The notes under the pieces were generated by a model. It worked only from the letters and a program-made list of their open reading frames with translations. It was not told the DNA's origin and ran no database searches. Below, piece after piece: positions 52,310 through 61,996 of a stretch of 64,000 nucleotides of DNA (positions are counted from its first letter, which is position 1; the number at the start of each line of letters is the position of its first letter). Source of the stretch: Candidatus Eiseniibacteriota bacterium. Lineage in GTDB: Bacteria; Eisenbacteria; RBG-16-71-46. Where the stretch lies: assembly GCA_016178725.1 (NCBI GenBank), contig JACOSV010000045.1, forward strand, positions 51 to 64,050, in the 5' to 3' direction. The translations under genes and the position numbers were made by a program.

Positions 52310-53092
52310 CTGACCCTCGATACCTCGCGCATGTCATGGACGACCCGGGCGGAGGCCGCGATCCGCGCCCTCCGCGACGTCGACGGAGCCACGATCCAGC
52401 TCGAAGGGGACGAGATCCGCGAGATCCACGTCCTGACCCATTCGAAGCGCCCGGCGAAGCAGATCGTCCGCGATGTCCAGACCGTGCTCATGACGCTGTT
52501 CAACCGCTCATTCGATTACCGCGTCGTCTCGGTCGCCTACACGAAGAGCGGTGAGGGCGGATCGGACCGCGCGCCCACCCCGGGCGGTGCGGCCGCTGCG
52601 AGTGACGCGCGCGTGATGGACCAACCGCGCGAGGCGCGCGGCGACTCCGACTTCGAAACCGAGTCCGCCGAGCGCATCCGCTTCGCCAGCGTCAATCTGT
52701 TCGTCTCCGGGCCGCGCACGCAGGCGCAGGTCGAGCTCCGCTGGAAGGGGCTCGCGCGCATGGGCAGCGCCTCCGGATGGAGCTCGCGCGACGGCGCCCA
52801 CCCGCTGATCGCGCAGGCGACGCTCGCCGCGGTCCAGGAGTTCCTCGCCGGTGAGACCGCGTTCAACGTGCAGGCGGTCGAGTTCGTGCGCATGGGCAGG
52901 CGCCGGGTGGCGCTGGTCGCGCTCGCGCTGCTCGCCGGCCGCGAAGAGCGTCCGCTCTTCGGCAGCTGCGCCGTGGAGCAGGACGCGCAGCAGGCCGTGG
53001 TGCTGGCGACGCTCGCGGCACTCAACCGCGTGATCGGCGGTCTGCCGACGCGCGAGCCGACCGAATACGTGTTGAGACCGACATCCAACTAG
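52310..53092 (+). CDS. hypothetical protein (C-terminal halves reminiscent of LeuA allosteric domain)
   Basis: SD AAGGAGGTG 5 nt before in-frame CTG 52310 (alternative ATG 52331); EIHVL..KQIVRDVQ; QATLAAV and LATLAALNR. Confidence 0.8.
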   Translation: MTLDTSRMSWTTRAEAAIRALRDVDGATIQLEGDEIREIHVLTHSKRPAKQIVRDVQTVLMTLFNRSFDYRVVSVAYTKSGEGGSDRAPTPGGAAAASDARVMDQPREARGDSDFETESAERIRFASVNLFVSGPRTQAQVELRWKGLARMGSASGWSSRDGAHPLIAQATLAAVQEFLAGETAFNVQAVEFVRMGRRRVALVALALLAGREERPLFGSCAVEQDAQQAVVLATLAALNRVIGGLPTREPTEYVLRPTSN

Positions 53093-53193
53093 GAGGAAGC
53101 GGAGCGAGCCATCCCATCCATTGATGCGAAGCGGACCCACCTGCAGGAGTCATACGTTTCCCAGCAGAATCCGTGAAGAAGGAGGTGGGCTCT

Positions 53194-53247
53194 GTGGACG
53201 ATCTCATCATCGAGATCATCAACTTCCTGGGAAAGGCCGGCTGGTAA
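53194..53247 (+). CDS. 17-aa micropeptide MDDLIIEIINFLGKAGW
   Basis: SD AAGGAGGTG 6 nt upstream of GTG; mostly C/G-ending codons; TAA stop. Confidence 0.7.
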   Translation: MDDLIIEIINFLGKAGW

Positions 53248-53355
53248 TCAGGCCACCCTCGGAATGATGCGTTAGGGATCAGGCTCCAAGATGGGTGTCG
53301 GTCTCGTTTCTCTTTCCGAATCGTCCCTTCCGATCCTTCCAGGCGACAGGAGCTC

Positions 53356-54684
53356 GTGAGCGCATCGCTCGCCCCCCGCCACCCGCGCCTCTTCCGCGTC
53401 TACTACGCCGCGGTCGTCGCGGCCGCGGTGGTCGCCTTCGTCGCCTTCACGCCGTCCGCCGGTCGCGTGCCGCCGGCGACCGCGATCGTCGTCCTCCTGC
53501 TCATGGGGTTCAGCGAGGCCACCGCCGTGCCGCTGCCGGGCGGCGGCTATGTCTCGGTCGGCGCCGTGCTCGACCTCGCGTGCCTCATCATCCTCGGCCC
53601 GGTCGTCACCGCGTGGCTCAACGTCGTCGCGACGCTGCTCACGCAGCTCGTCGTGCTGCGGAAGCCGCTGGTCAAGGTCGTCCACAACATGGCCATCTTC
53701 GGCCTCACGGCTTTCGCGGCCGGGTTCGCGTTCATCGCCGCCGGGGGCCGGCCGGGATCGCTCGATCTGCGCCGCGACCTGCCGGCGCTGCTGGCCTGCG
53801 GCGCCGTCTACTTCCTCTGCAACTCGGTGTTCGTCTCGACGGTCATCGGCCTCACGACCGGCCCGAGCATCTGGCGCTCGTGGCAGCGCACGTTCCTGAA
53901 CGGGCTGCTGCACCACCTTTCGTTCATCGCGCTCGGCACGCTGATCGCCGTCGTCTATCTGGGCGCCGGGCCGGTCGCCCTCGTGCTGTTCGCGATCCCG
54001 TTCCTCGTCGCCCGCCACTCGTTCCAGCTCTACGTCGAGATCCGCACCGACCTCAAGGACTTCGTCCGCGCGCTGGCCGAGGTGCTCGAGGAGGTCGATC
54101 CCTACACGCGCCAGCACTCGGTGCGCGTCTCGGTCTACGCCGTGCGCATCGCGCGCGGGCTGCGCATGAGCGAACGCGAGGTGGACGAGGTCGAGTACGC
54201 GGCGCTGGTGCACGATCTCGGCAAGATCGGCCCGCATCACCAGCACATTCTTCAGAAGCCGGGGTCGTTGTCGCACGAGGAGCAGCGCACGCTGCGCGGC
54301 CACCCGGCGGCGGGCGCCGAGATCGTGTCGCGCGTGCGGGCGCTGCGGCGCCCGGCCGAGATCGTGCGCAGCCACCATGAGCGCCCGGACGGGCGCGGTT
54401 ATCCGTTCGGTCTCATGAGCCGCGACGTGCCGCTCGGCGCCCGCATCCTGAACGTCGCCGACGCGTTCGACGCGATGACGTCGGACCGTCCGTACCGCCG
54501 CGCGCTCTCGGTGGACTCGGCGCTGCGCGAGCTGAAGCAGGGGGCGGGCACGCAGTTCGACCGCGATGTGGTCGAGTGCGTGCTGCGGCTCCAGGCCGCG
54601 GGACAGTTCCCGCTCGTCCCGAGCCCGAGCAGCGAGGAGTTGCGGCTGCTGCGGCTCCACCCGCGCAAGGCGCAGCGCGCCTGA
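53356..54684 (+). CDS. membrane-anchored HD-GYP domain phosphodiesterase
   Basis: about 6-7 N-terminal TM segments; DPYTRQHS, HDLGKIG, HHERPDGRGYP, VADAFDAMTSDRPYR, GTQFD. Confidence 0.92.
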   Translation: MSASLAPRHPRLFRVYYAAVVAAAVVAFVAFTPSAGRVPPATAIVVLLLMGFSEATAVPLPGGGYVSVGAVLDLACLIILGPVVTAWLNVVATLLTQLVVLRKPLVKVVHNMAIFGLTAFAAGFAFIAAGGRPGSLDLRRDLPALLACGAVYFLCNSVFVSTVIGLTTGPSIWRSWQRTFLNGLLHHLSFIALGTLIAVVYLGAGPVALVLFAIPFLVARHSFQLYVEIRTDLKDFVRALAEVLEEVDPYTRQHSVRVSVYAVRIARGLRMSEREVDEVEYAALVHDLGKIGPHHQHILQKPGSLSHEEQRTLRGHPAAGAEIVSRVRALRRPAEIVRSHHERPDGRGYPFGLMSRDVPLGARILNVADAFDAMTSDRPYRRALSVDSALRELKQGAGTQFDRDVVECVLRLQAAGQFPLVPSPSSEELRLLRLHPRKAQRA

Positions 54685-55709
54685 TGCGCTACCGCGACGC
54701 CGGCGTCGACGTGGCGCGCGCCGACCGGCTGAAGCGGGGGATCGGCGCGGCGATCCGCGCCACCTGGGGGCCCGGGGTACGGCCGATCCCGGGTGGCTTC
54801 GCCGGCGTGACGACCTGGCCCGCGGCCGACGGCGCGCTGCTCGCCGCGACGATGGACGGCGTCGGCACCAAGCTCCACGTCGCGATGGCGGCGGGCCGCG
54901 TCGGCGACGCGGCGGCGGACCTCGTCTACCACTGCGCGAACGATCTTCTCGTCCACGGCGCCCGTCCGCTCGCGTTTCTCGACTACGTCGCGCAGGCGCG
55001 GCTCGAGCCCGGAGTGATCGAAGCGGTCGTGGCCGGGCTCGCCCGAGCGTGCGGCGACGTCGGGGCGGCGCTCCTCGGCGGCGAGACGGCGGAGATGCCG
55101 GACACCTACGTCGCCGGCGTCGTCGACGTCGCCGGCTGCATGATCGGCGTCGCCGATCCGCGTCGATTGCTCGACGGAAGCGCCGTGCGCCCCGGCGACG
55201 CGCTGCTCGGGCTCGCGTCGGCGGGCCTCCACACCAACGGGTTCTCGCTGGCCCGCCGCGTGCTGGAGACGTCGGGCCTGACGCTCGACAGCCCGCTCCC
55301 GGGCGGCGCGGGCGAGACCGTAGGCGAGGCCCTGCTCGCGCCGCATCGCTGGTACGGCCCGGCGCTCACGCCCGTGATCGCGGCGGGGCGCGTGCACGCG
55401 CTCGCGCACGTCACCGGCGGCGGCATCGCCGGCAACGTCGTGCGCATCCTCCCCGAAGGCTGCCACGCGCGTGTCGTCGCGCGCGCATGGGCGAGGCCCG
55501 CGCTCGTGCGCTGGATCGTCGAGGCGGGCGCCGTGCCCGAGGACGACGCGCGCGAGGCGCTGAATCTCGGCATCGGCATGGTGCTGGTGTCGGCTCGCGA
55601 AGGGAAGGACGCGCTCACGCGCGACCTCGAGCGCGCCGGCGAGCGCGTGTTCGCGATCGGCGAGGTCGTGAGCGGCGCGCGCGGCGTGACGTGGACGGAG
55701 GGGGCATGA
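54684..55709 (+). CDS. purM: phosphoribosylformylglycinamidine cyclo-ligase
   Basis: YRDAGVD, DGVGTK, GGETAEMP, GLHTNG, HVTGGG. Confidence 0.95.
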   Translation: MRYRDAGVDVARADRLKRGIGAAIRATWGPGVRPIPGGFAGVTTWPAADGALLAATMDGVGTKLHVAMAAGRVGDAAADLVYHCANDLLVHGARPLAFLDYVAQARLEPGVIEAVVAGLARACGDVGAALLGGETAEMPDTYVAGVVDVAGCMIGVADPRRLLDGSAVRPGDALLGLASAGLHTNGFSLARRVLETSGLTLDSPLPGGAGETVGEALLAPHRWYGPALTPVIAAGRVHALAHVTGGGIAGNVVRILPEGCHARVVARAWARPALVRWIVEAGAVPEDDAREALNLGIGMVLVSAREGKDALTRDLERAGERVFAIGEVVSGARGVTWTEGA

Positions 55710-55727
55710 GCCCCGGAGGACGACGCG

Positions 55728-56762
<1,035 letters not shown>

Positions 56763-56793
56763 ACTGCGCCGCCGACCCCATCAGGGAGGACGC

Positions 56794-57807
56794 GTGGCGC
56801 GAAAGAATCTGCGCATCGGTCTCGTCGGCGTGGGCGCCGCCGCCCAGATCAGTCACATCCCGGCACTGCAGAAGACCGAAGGGGTGGAGCTGGTCGCCCT
56901 CTGCGACCGCGATCCCGAGAAGGCGGCGCGCGTCGCGCAGAAGTTCCAGGTGCCGCGCGCCGTGTCGCGCATCGACGAGCTGCTCGGCGACGATTCGATC
57001 GACGCCGTCGACATCTGCACCCCCAACTTCCTGCACGCGCCGATGGCGGTCGCCGCGCTCGAGGCCGGCAAGCACGTGCTGTGCGAGCGGCCGCTCGCCC
57101 GCAGCGCCGTCGAGGCGGCGCAGATGGTGAAGGCGGCGCGCAAGGCCGACCGTACGCTCGCCTGCGCGGTGCAGCACCGCTTCCGCGCCGACGCGCAGCT
57201 GCTGCGCACGTTCGTCGCCAAGGGCGAGCTGGGCGAGATCTTCTACGCCAAGGCCGGGTGGCTGCGGCTGCGCACGGAGTGGGACTCCGAGGAGTGGCGC
57301 CGGCAGAAGCGCGAGGCGGGCGGCGGCGTGGTGCTCGACCTCGGCTTCCAGATGCTCGACCTCTCGCTATGGGTGATGCAGGGCGTGAAGGTCGAATCGG
57401 TGAGCGCGAGCGTCCACCGGCCGCGGAAGGGCGACGTCGAGGACAGCGCGACGGCGCTGCTGCGGCTCGACAACGGCGCGACCCTGACGCTCGAGCTCAC
57501 GTGGGGCCTGCTCATGGAGAAGGACTTCGCCTACCTCAACCTGTTCGGGTCGGGCGGGGCCGCGCTGCTCAATCCCTTCCGCGTCCACAAGGGCATGCAC
57601 GGGACGCTGGTCAACGTGACGCCGGAGCTGGACACGCAGCGCAACCAGTACAAGGCGGCGCAGGAGGCGCAGGTCGCGCACTTCGTCGAGTCGCTGCGCA
57701 AGGGCACGCGCCCCTGGGGCGACGCCGAAGAGATCGTGCCGGTGATGGAGCTGATGGACGCGATCTACCGCTCCGCCGAGCAGGGCGGCGAGGTGAAGCT
57801 CGGTTAG
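56794..57807 (+). CDS. Gfo/Idh/MocA family oxidoreductase
   Basis: GLVGVG, CTPNFLH, GKHVLCERP, GGGVVLDLG. Confidence 0.92.
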   Translation: MARKNLRIGLVGVGAAAQISHIPALQKTEGVELVALCDRDPEKAARVAQKFQVPRAVSRIDELLGDDSIDAVDICTPNFLHAPMAVAALEAGKHVLCERPLARSAVEAAQMVKAARKADRTLACAVQHRFRADAQLLRTFVAKGELGEIFYAKAGWLRLRTEWDSEEWRRQKREAGGGVVLDLGFQMLDLSLWVMQGVKVESVSASVHRPRKGDVEDSATALLRLDNGATLTLELTWGLLMEKDFAYLNLFGSGGAALLNPFRVHKGMHGTLVNVTPELDTQRNQYKAAQEAQVAHFVESLRKGTRPWGDAEEIVPVMELMDAIYRSAEQGGEVKLG

Positions 57808-57844
57808 CCGTCCCCGCGCCGCGCCGCTGGCTGCCCTTTCGGGC

Positions 57845-59359
57845 GTGCTCCTCGGCCTCGCGTTCTTTCCGCTGCCGCTCGGCTTCCTCGCCTGGTTCGG
57901 GTTCATCCCCCTGCTCGCGGCGCTCGATCGCAAGCTGCGTGACGGCGAGCCGCTCGGCGCGATCTTCGGCCTCGGCTACACGTTCGGTTTCGTCTTCTAT
58001 CTCATCGGCACGCACTGGATCGCGCTGCTCTCGGACGTCGCGATCACCGTGCCGTGGCTCAAGTATCCGGCGTGGGTCGCGGCGGCCGCGTACCTCGCGC
58101 TCTACGCGGGGCTGACCACGACGCTCGCGGGCTGGCTCGCGCGCCGCGCCCGTGTGCCGCTCGCGCTCACGTTCCCCCTCGCGCTGATCGCCGTCGAGGA
58201 GCTGCGCGCCTCGGGCGAGATGGGCTTCCCGTGGTTCCAGCCCGGCTACACGCAGCACGCGTACGCGCCGATCCTCCAGCTCGCGAGCCTCGGCAGTGTG
58301 AGCCTCGTGACCCTGTGGATCGCCGCGCTCAACGTGCTCGCGTGGCGTGCGCTCACGGGCGGGGCGCGGCTGCGCGCGGCGCTCGGCGCGGCGCTGCTGC
58401 TCGCGCTCCCCTGGGCGTGGGGGACGCGCGTGCTCGACGCGGCGCCGAAGCGGCCTGGCCCGGTCGTTGCGCTCATCCAGGGCAACGTCGCCGGCGAGAT
58501 CAAGTGGTCGGGGCACCATCAGAAGGAGATCCTCGACACGTTCGTCCTGCTCTCGGAGCAGGCGGCCGGGCACGTGCCGCGGCCGGCGATCACGATCTGG
58601 CCCGAGACCGCCACCGGCAGCTATCTGCGCAAGCAGCTCGATCAGGCGCTGACCGTCGCCGCGCTCGCCTCGCGCACGAGGATCCCGGTGTTCAGCGGCT
58701 TCGCCGACTACGCGTACGACGCCGCCGGGCACGCGCATCCGCTCAACGCCGCGGGACTGTTCGCGCCCGACGGCGCAATGGGCGAGGTCTACGCCAAGCG
58801 CCATCTCGTCCCGTTCGGGGAGCGCATGCCGTTCGAGTCGCTGTTCCCGGGCCTCGCGAAGATCGAGCTCGGTCAGGCGGAGTGGACGGCGGGCGCGGGG
58901 CCGGTGCTGTTCCCGAGTGCCGCCGGGCCGTTCACGTGCCTCATCTGCTTCGAGTCCATCTTTCCCGACCTCGCGCGCGAGGACGTGCGGCGTGGCGCGC
59001 GCTGGCTGGTCAACATCACCAACGACGAATGGTTCGGCGACGGCGCCGCGCTCTACCAGCACGCGGCGATGGCGCCGTTCCGCGCCGTCGAGAACCACGT
59101 GCCGCTCGCACGCTGCGCCAATACCGGACTCACGCTGATCGCCGACGCGAACGGTCGCGTGACGCAGCGCATCGCCGTGTGGCGGCCGGGCGTACTGATC
59201 GCGGCGCTCGGCTCGCCCGGGATTCCGACGTTCTACACCCGCTTCGGCGACTGGCCGGGCATGGGCTGCATGATCGCGGTCGCGGCGCTCGCGCTATGGA
59301 GCTTCATTGGCGGCCGTCGCGGCACGCGCGACGCGGCGGCGGCGACCGCGGCGCGTTGA
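57845..59359 (+). CDS. lnt: apolipoprotein N-acyltransferase
   Basis: GFPW, QGN, WPE, KRHLVPFGE, ICFE, TNDEW, ANTG. Confidence 0.95.
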   Translation: MLLGLAFFPLPLGFLAWFGFIPLLAALDRKLRDGEPLGAIFGLGYTFGFVFYLIGTHWIALLSDVAITVPWLKYPAWVAAAAYLALYAGLTTTLAGWLARRARVPLALTFPLALIAVEELRASGEMGFPWFQPGYTQHAYAPILQLASLGSVSLVTLWIAALNVLAWRALTGGARLRAALGAALLLALPWAWGTRVLDAAPKRPGPVVALIQGNVAGEIKWSGHHQKEILDTFVLLSEQAAGHVPRPAITIWPETATGSYLRKQLDQALTVAALASRTRIPVFSGFADYAYDAAGHAHPLNAAGLFAPDGAMGEVYAKRHLVPFGERMPFESLFPGLAKIELGQAEWTAGAGPVLFPSAAGPFTCLICFESIFPDLAREDVRRGARWLVNITNDEWFGDGAALYQHAAMAPFRAVENHVPLARCANTGLTLIADANGRVTQRIAVWRPGVLIAALGSPGIPTFYTRFGDWPGMGCMIAVAALALWSFIGGRRGTRDAAAATAAR

Positions 59360-59385
59360 CAGTGCTCGCGGGCCGCCCGTAGGAT
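59356..59385 (+). promoter_or_regulatory. putative sigma70 promoter of asd
   Basis: TTGACA-N18-TAGGAT. Confidence 0.6.
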
Positions 59386-59443
59386 GCGGCCGAGGTCCTT
59401 CCCCCATCATCGCGTGGAGACTCGGAGCGGTGTCCCGCCTCCC

Positions 59444-60502
59444 ATGAGCACGAGCCTCATCGTTCTCGGCGCCACGGGCCTGGTGGGCCGCACCATGCTC
59501 CGCGTCCTCGAGGAGCGCCAGGTCCCGGTCGGCGACCTGCGCCTGCTCGCGGGCGAGAGTGCCGCCCTGCGCACGATCGAGTTCCGCGGCCGCGCGATCC
59601 CCGTGCGGCCGGTCGCCGCCGAGGCCTTCGCGGGTGCCGACCTCGCGCTTTTCGCCTGCAAGAATCCGGTCGCCCAGCGCTGGGCGCCGGTCGCGCGCGC
59701 CGCCGGCGTCACGGTGGTCGACGCCAGCAGCGCCTTTCGCTACGACGACGCCGTGCCTCTGGTCGTTCCGGAGGTCAACGGCCTGCTGCTCGCGGATCAC
59801 CCGCCGCTGGTCGCGAATCCCAACTGCTCGACGATCGCGATCGCGGCCGTGCTCGCGCCGCTCGCGCGCGCCGCCGGGCTCGAGCGCGTCGTGGTCTCGA
59901 CCTACCAGTCGGTCTCGGGGGCGGGGCGCGAAGCGCTCGAGGAGCTCGAGCGCGGCATCCGCGGCGGCCTCGACGGGCCGCCGCCCGCGCGGCGCGACGG
60001 CGGGCCGCCGTTCGCGTTCAACGTCATCCCGCACATCGACCGCTTCGAGGCGAACGGCTACAGCCGCGAGGAGATGAAGGTGGTGTGGGAGACGCGCAAG
60101 ATCCTCGGCCTGCCGACGCTCGCGATCACCGCCACGGCCGTGCGCGTGCCGGTGCGGGTCGGCCATACCGCCGCGATCAACGTGATCCTCGACCGCGCGA
60201 TGGATCCCGACGAGGCGCGCGCGCTGTGGGCCGCGACGCCGGGGATCACCGTCGTGGACGATCCTGAGAGCGGACGCTACCCGACGACGCTCGCCGCGGC
60301 CGGGCGCGACGACGTGCTCGTGGGACGGGCGCGCCGCGACGTGTCGCATCCGCGTGGGCTCGAGTGCTTCGTCGCTTCGGACAATCTGCGCAAGGGCGCC
60401 GCGACGAACGCCGTGCAGATCGTCGAGGCGCTGCTCGCCGTCCCGGGAGGATTGCGGCGGGCGGGCCCGCCGCCGGCCGGCGCAGCGGCGGGCTCGCGAT
60501 GA
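59444..60502 (+). CDS. asd: aspartate-semialdehyde dehydrogenase
   Basis: GATGLVG, NPNCST, QSVSGAG, DNLRKGAA. Confidence 0.96.
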   Translation: MSTSLIVLGATGLVGRTMLRVLEERQVPVGDLRLLAGESAALRTIEFRGRAIPVRPVAAEAFAGADLALFACKNPVAQRWAPVARAAGVTVVDASSAFRYDDAVPLVVPEVNGLLLADHPPLVANPNCSTIAIAAVLAPLARAAGLERVVVSTYQSVSGAGREALEELERGIRGGLDGPPPARRDGGPPFAFNVIPHIDRFEANGYSREEMKVVWETRKILGLPTLAITATAVRVPVRVGHTAAINVILDRAMDPDEARALWAATPGITVVDDPESGRYPTTLAAAGRDDVLVGRARRDVSHPRGLECFVASDNLRKGAATNAVQIVEALLAVPGGLRRAGPPPAGAAAGSR

Positions 60503-61251
60503 GCCGCGAGGTGCGAGTCCGGCCCTCGCACCTCGGCCCGCTGCTGGTCGGCGCGCTGCTCGGCGCCATGATCGCCGGCCGGATCGAGACCGCGGCGGCG
60601 TGCCTCGCGATCGCGCTCGTCGCCGCGGCGGTCGCCGGCGCGCGCGCGCCCGGACCGCGATGGTTCGCGATGCTCGCGGTGGGGATCGCGCTCGCCTGGG
60701 CGCTCAACATCTATCTCACGCCGGGACGGCCGCTGCCCGCACCGTGGCCGCGCCTCCTTGGCCGCAGCCCGACACGCGAGGGGCTCGCGCACGGTCTGCT
60801 GCTCACGCTGCGGATGGCCGGCGCGCTGGCGGCACTCCAGGGCCTGCGCTCGGCGTGGCCGGGCGAAGTCGCGGCGGACGTCGCGGCGCGCGCCCTCGCG
60901 CCGCTCCAGCGCCTGCGCGTCCCGATTCTCGAGACACGCGCGATGATCGGCCTCTCACTGCGCTTCATGCCGCTGCTGGAATCCGAAGCACGGCGCATCG
61001 CGCGGGTGCAGGATCTGCGCGCGGGGCGAGCGCCGCGCGGCCTCGCCGAGCGCCTGCGGCGCCGGCGCGCGGCGATCGTGCCCGCGCTGGTCGGGGCGCT
61101 CGAGCGTGCCGAGCGCGTGGCGATGGCGCTCGAAGCACGTCACCACGGCCTGCGCCCGATCGCGCCGCCGGCGGACGCGGCGCGCACGCCGCGTGCCTGG
61201 GCGGTCGCCGGCGCGGGCACGGCGCTGGTCTCGGCGCTGTGGCGGTCGTGA
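60499..61251 (+). CDS. ECF transporter transmembrane component T (EcfT/CbiQ family)
   Basis: TM helices, LSLRFMP, QDLRAG, MALEARH coupling motifs. Confidence 0.82.
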   Translation: MSREVRVRPSHLGPLLVGALLGAMIAGRIETAAACLAIALVAAAVAGARAPGPRWFAMLAVGIALAWALNIYLTPGRPLPAPWPRLLGRSPTREGLAHGLLLTLRMAGALAALQGLRSAWPGEVAADVAARALAPLQRLRVPILETRAMIGLSLRFMPLLESEARRIARVQDLRAGRAPRGLAERLRRRRAAIVPALVGALERAERVAMALEARHHGLRPIAPPADAARTPRAWAVAGAGTALVSALWRS

Positions 61252-61252
61252 G

Positions 61253-61996
61253 GTGCGCACCGTGAAGCTCACGGTCGCCTACGACGGCACGGCGTTCCAT
61301 GGCTGGCAGCGCCAGCCCGACCGGCGCACTGTGCAGGGCGTGCTCGAAGAGAGCCTCGCCGCGATTCTCGGCGAATCGATCGGGATCACCGGCGCCGGCC
61401 GCACCGACGCCGGATGCCACGCCCGCGGCCAGGTGGCCAGCTTCGTCACCGGCTCACGGCTGCCGGTGTACGCGCTGCCGCCGACGCTCAACCGGGCGCT
61501 TCCGGGCGACGTGCGCGTGCGCGCGGCCGAGGAGGCGGGTGAAGGCTTCAACGCGCGGCGCTCGGCGATCGCGCGCCGCTATGCGTACCGACTCCTGAAC
61601 GAGGACGATCTCCTCCACGAGCGCTACGCCTGGCATCCGCGCCGCGCGGTCCGGCCCGACGCGCTCGAGCGCGCGACGCGCGTGCTCGAGGGCGAGCACG
61701 ACTTCTCGGTGTTCCGCGCCACCGGGAGCACGCCGGCCGAGCCGCGCTGCGCCGTGAGTCGCGCGACGTGGCGCGCGTGGGAGGGCGGCGTCCAGCTCGA
61801 CATCGTCGCCGACCACTTCCTCTACCACATGGTGCGCGGCATCGTCGGCACCGCGCTCGCCGTCCAGGACGAGCGCGATCCCGCCGCGGCGATGCGCGAG
61901 CGGGTCGCCTCGCGCGACCGCGCGCGATCGGGCGCGACGGCGCCGCCGCAGGGGCTGACGCTGGAAGAGGTCTTCTATCCCGAGGAGGCGCGATGA
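61253..61996 (+). CDS. truA: tRNA pseudouridine(38-40) synthase
   Basis: YDGTAFHGWQ, AGRTDAG, FLYHMVR, APPQGL. Confidence 0.96.
   Translation: MRTVKLTVAYDGTAFHGWQRQPDRRTVQGVLEESLAAILGESIGITGAGRTDAGCHARGQVASFVTGSRLPVYALPPTLNRALPGDVRVRAAEEAGEGFNARRSAIARRYAYRLLNEDDLLHERYAWHPRRAVRPDALERATRVLEGEHDFSVFRATGSTPAEPRCAVSRATWRAWEGGVQLDIVADHFLYHMVRGIVGTALAVQDERDPAAAMRERVASRDRARSGATAPPQGLTLEEVFYPEEAR

Noticed and set aside
53124-53267. Alternative ATG-started ORF (MRSGPTC...) overlapping the micropeptide
   Set aside because: Atypical codon usage and no properly spaced SD; the GTG frame at 53194 is much better supported.
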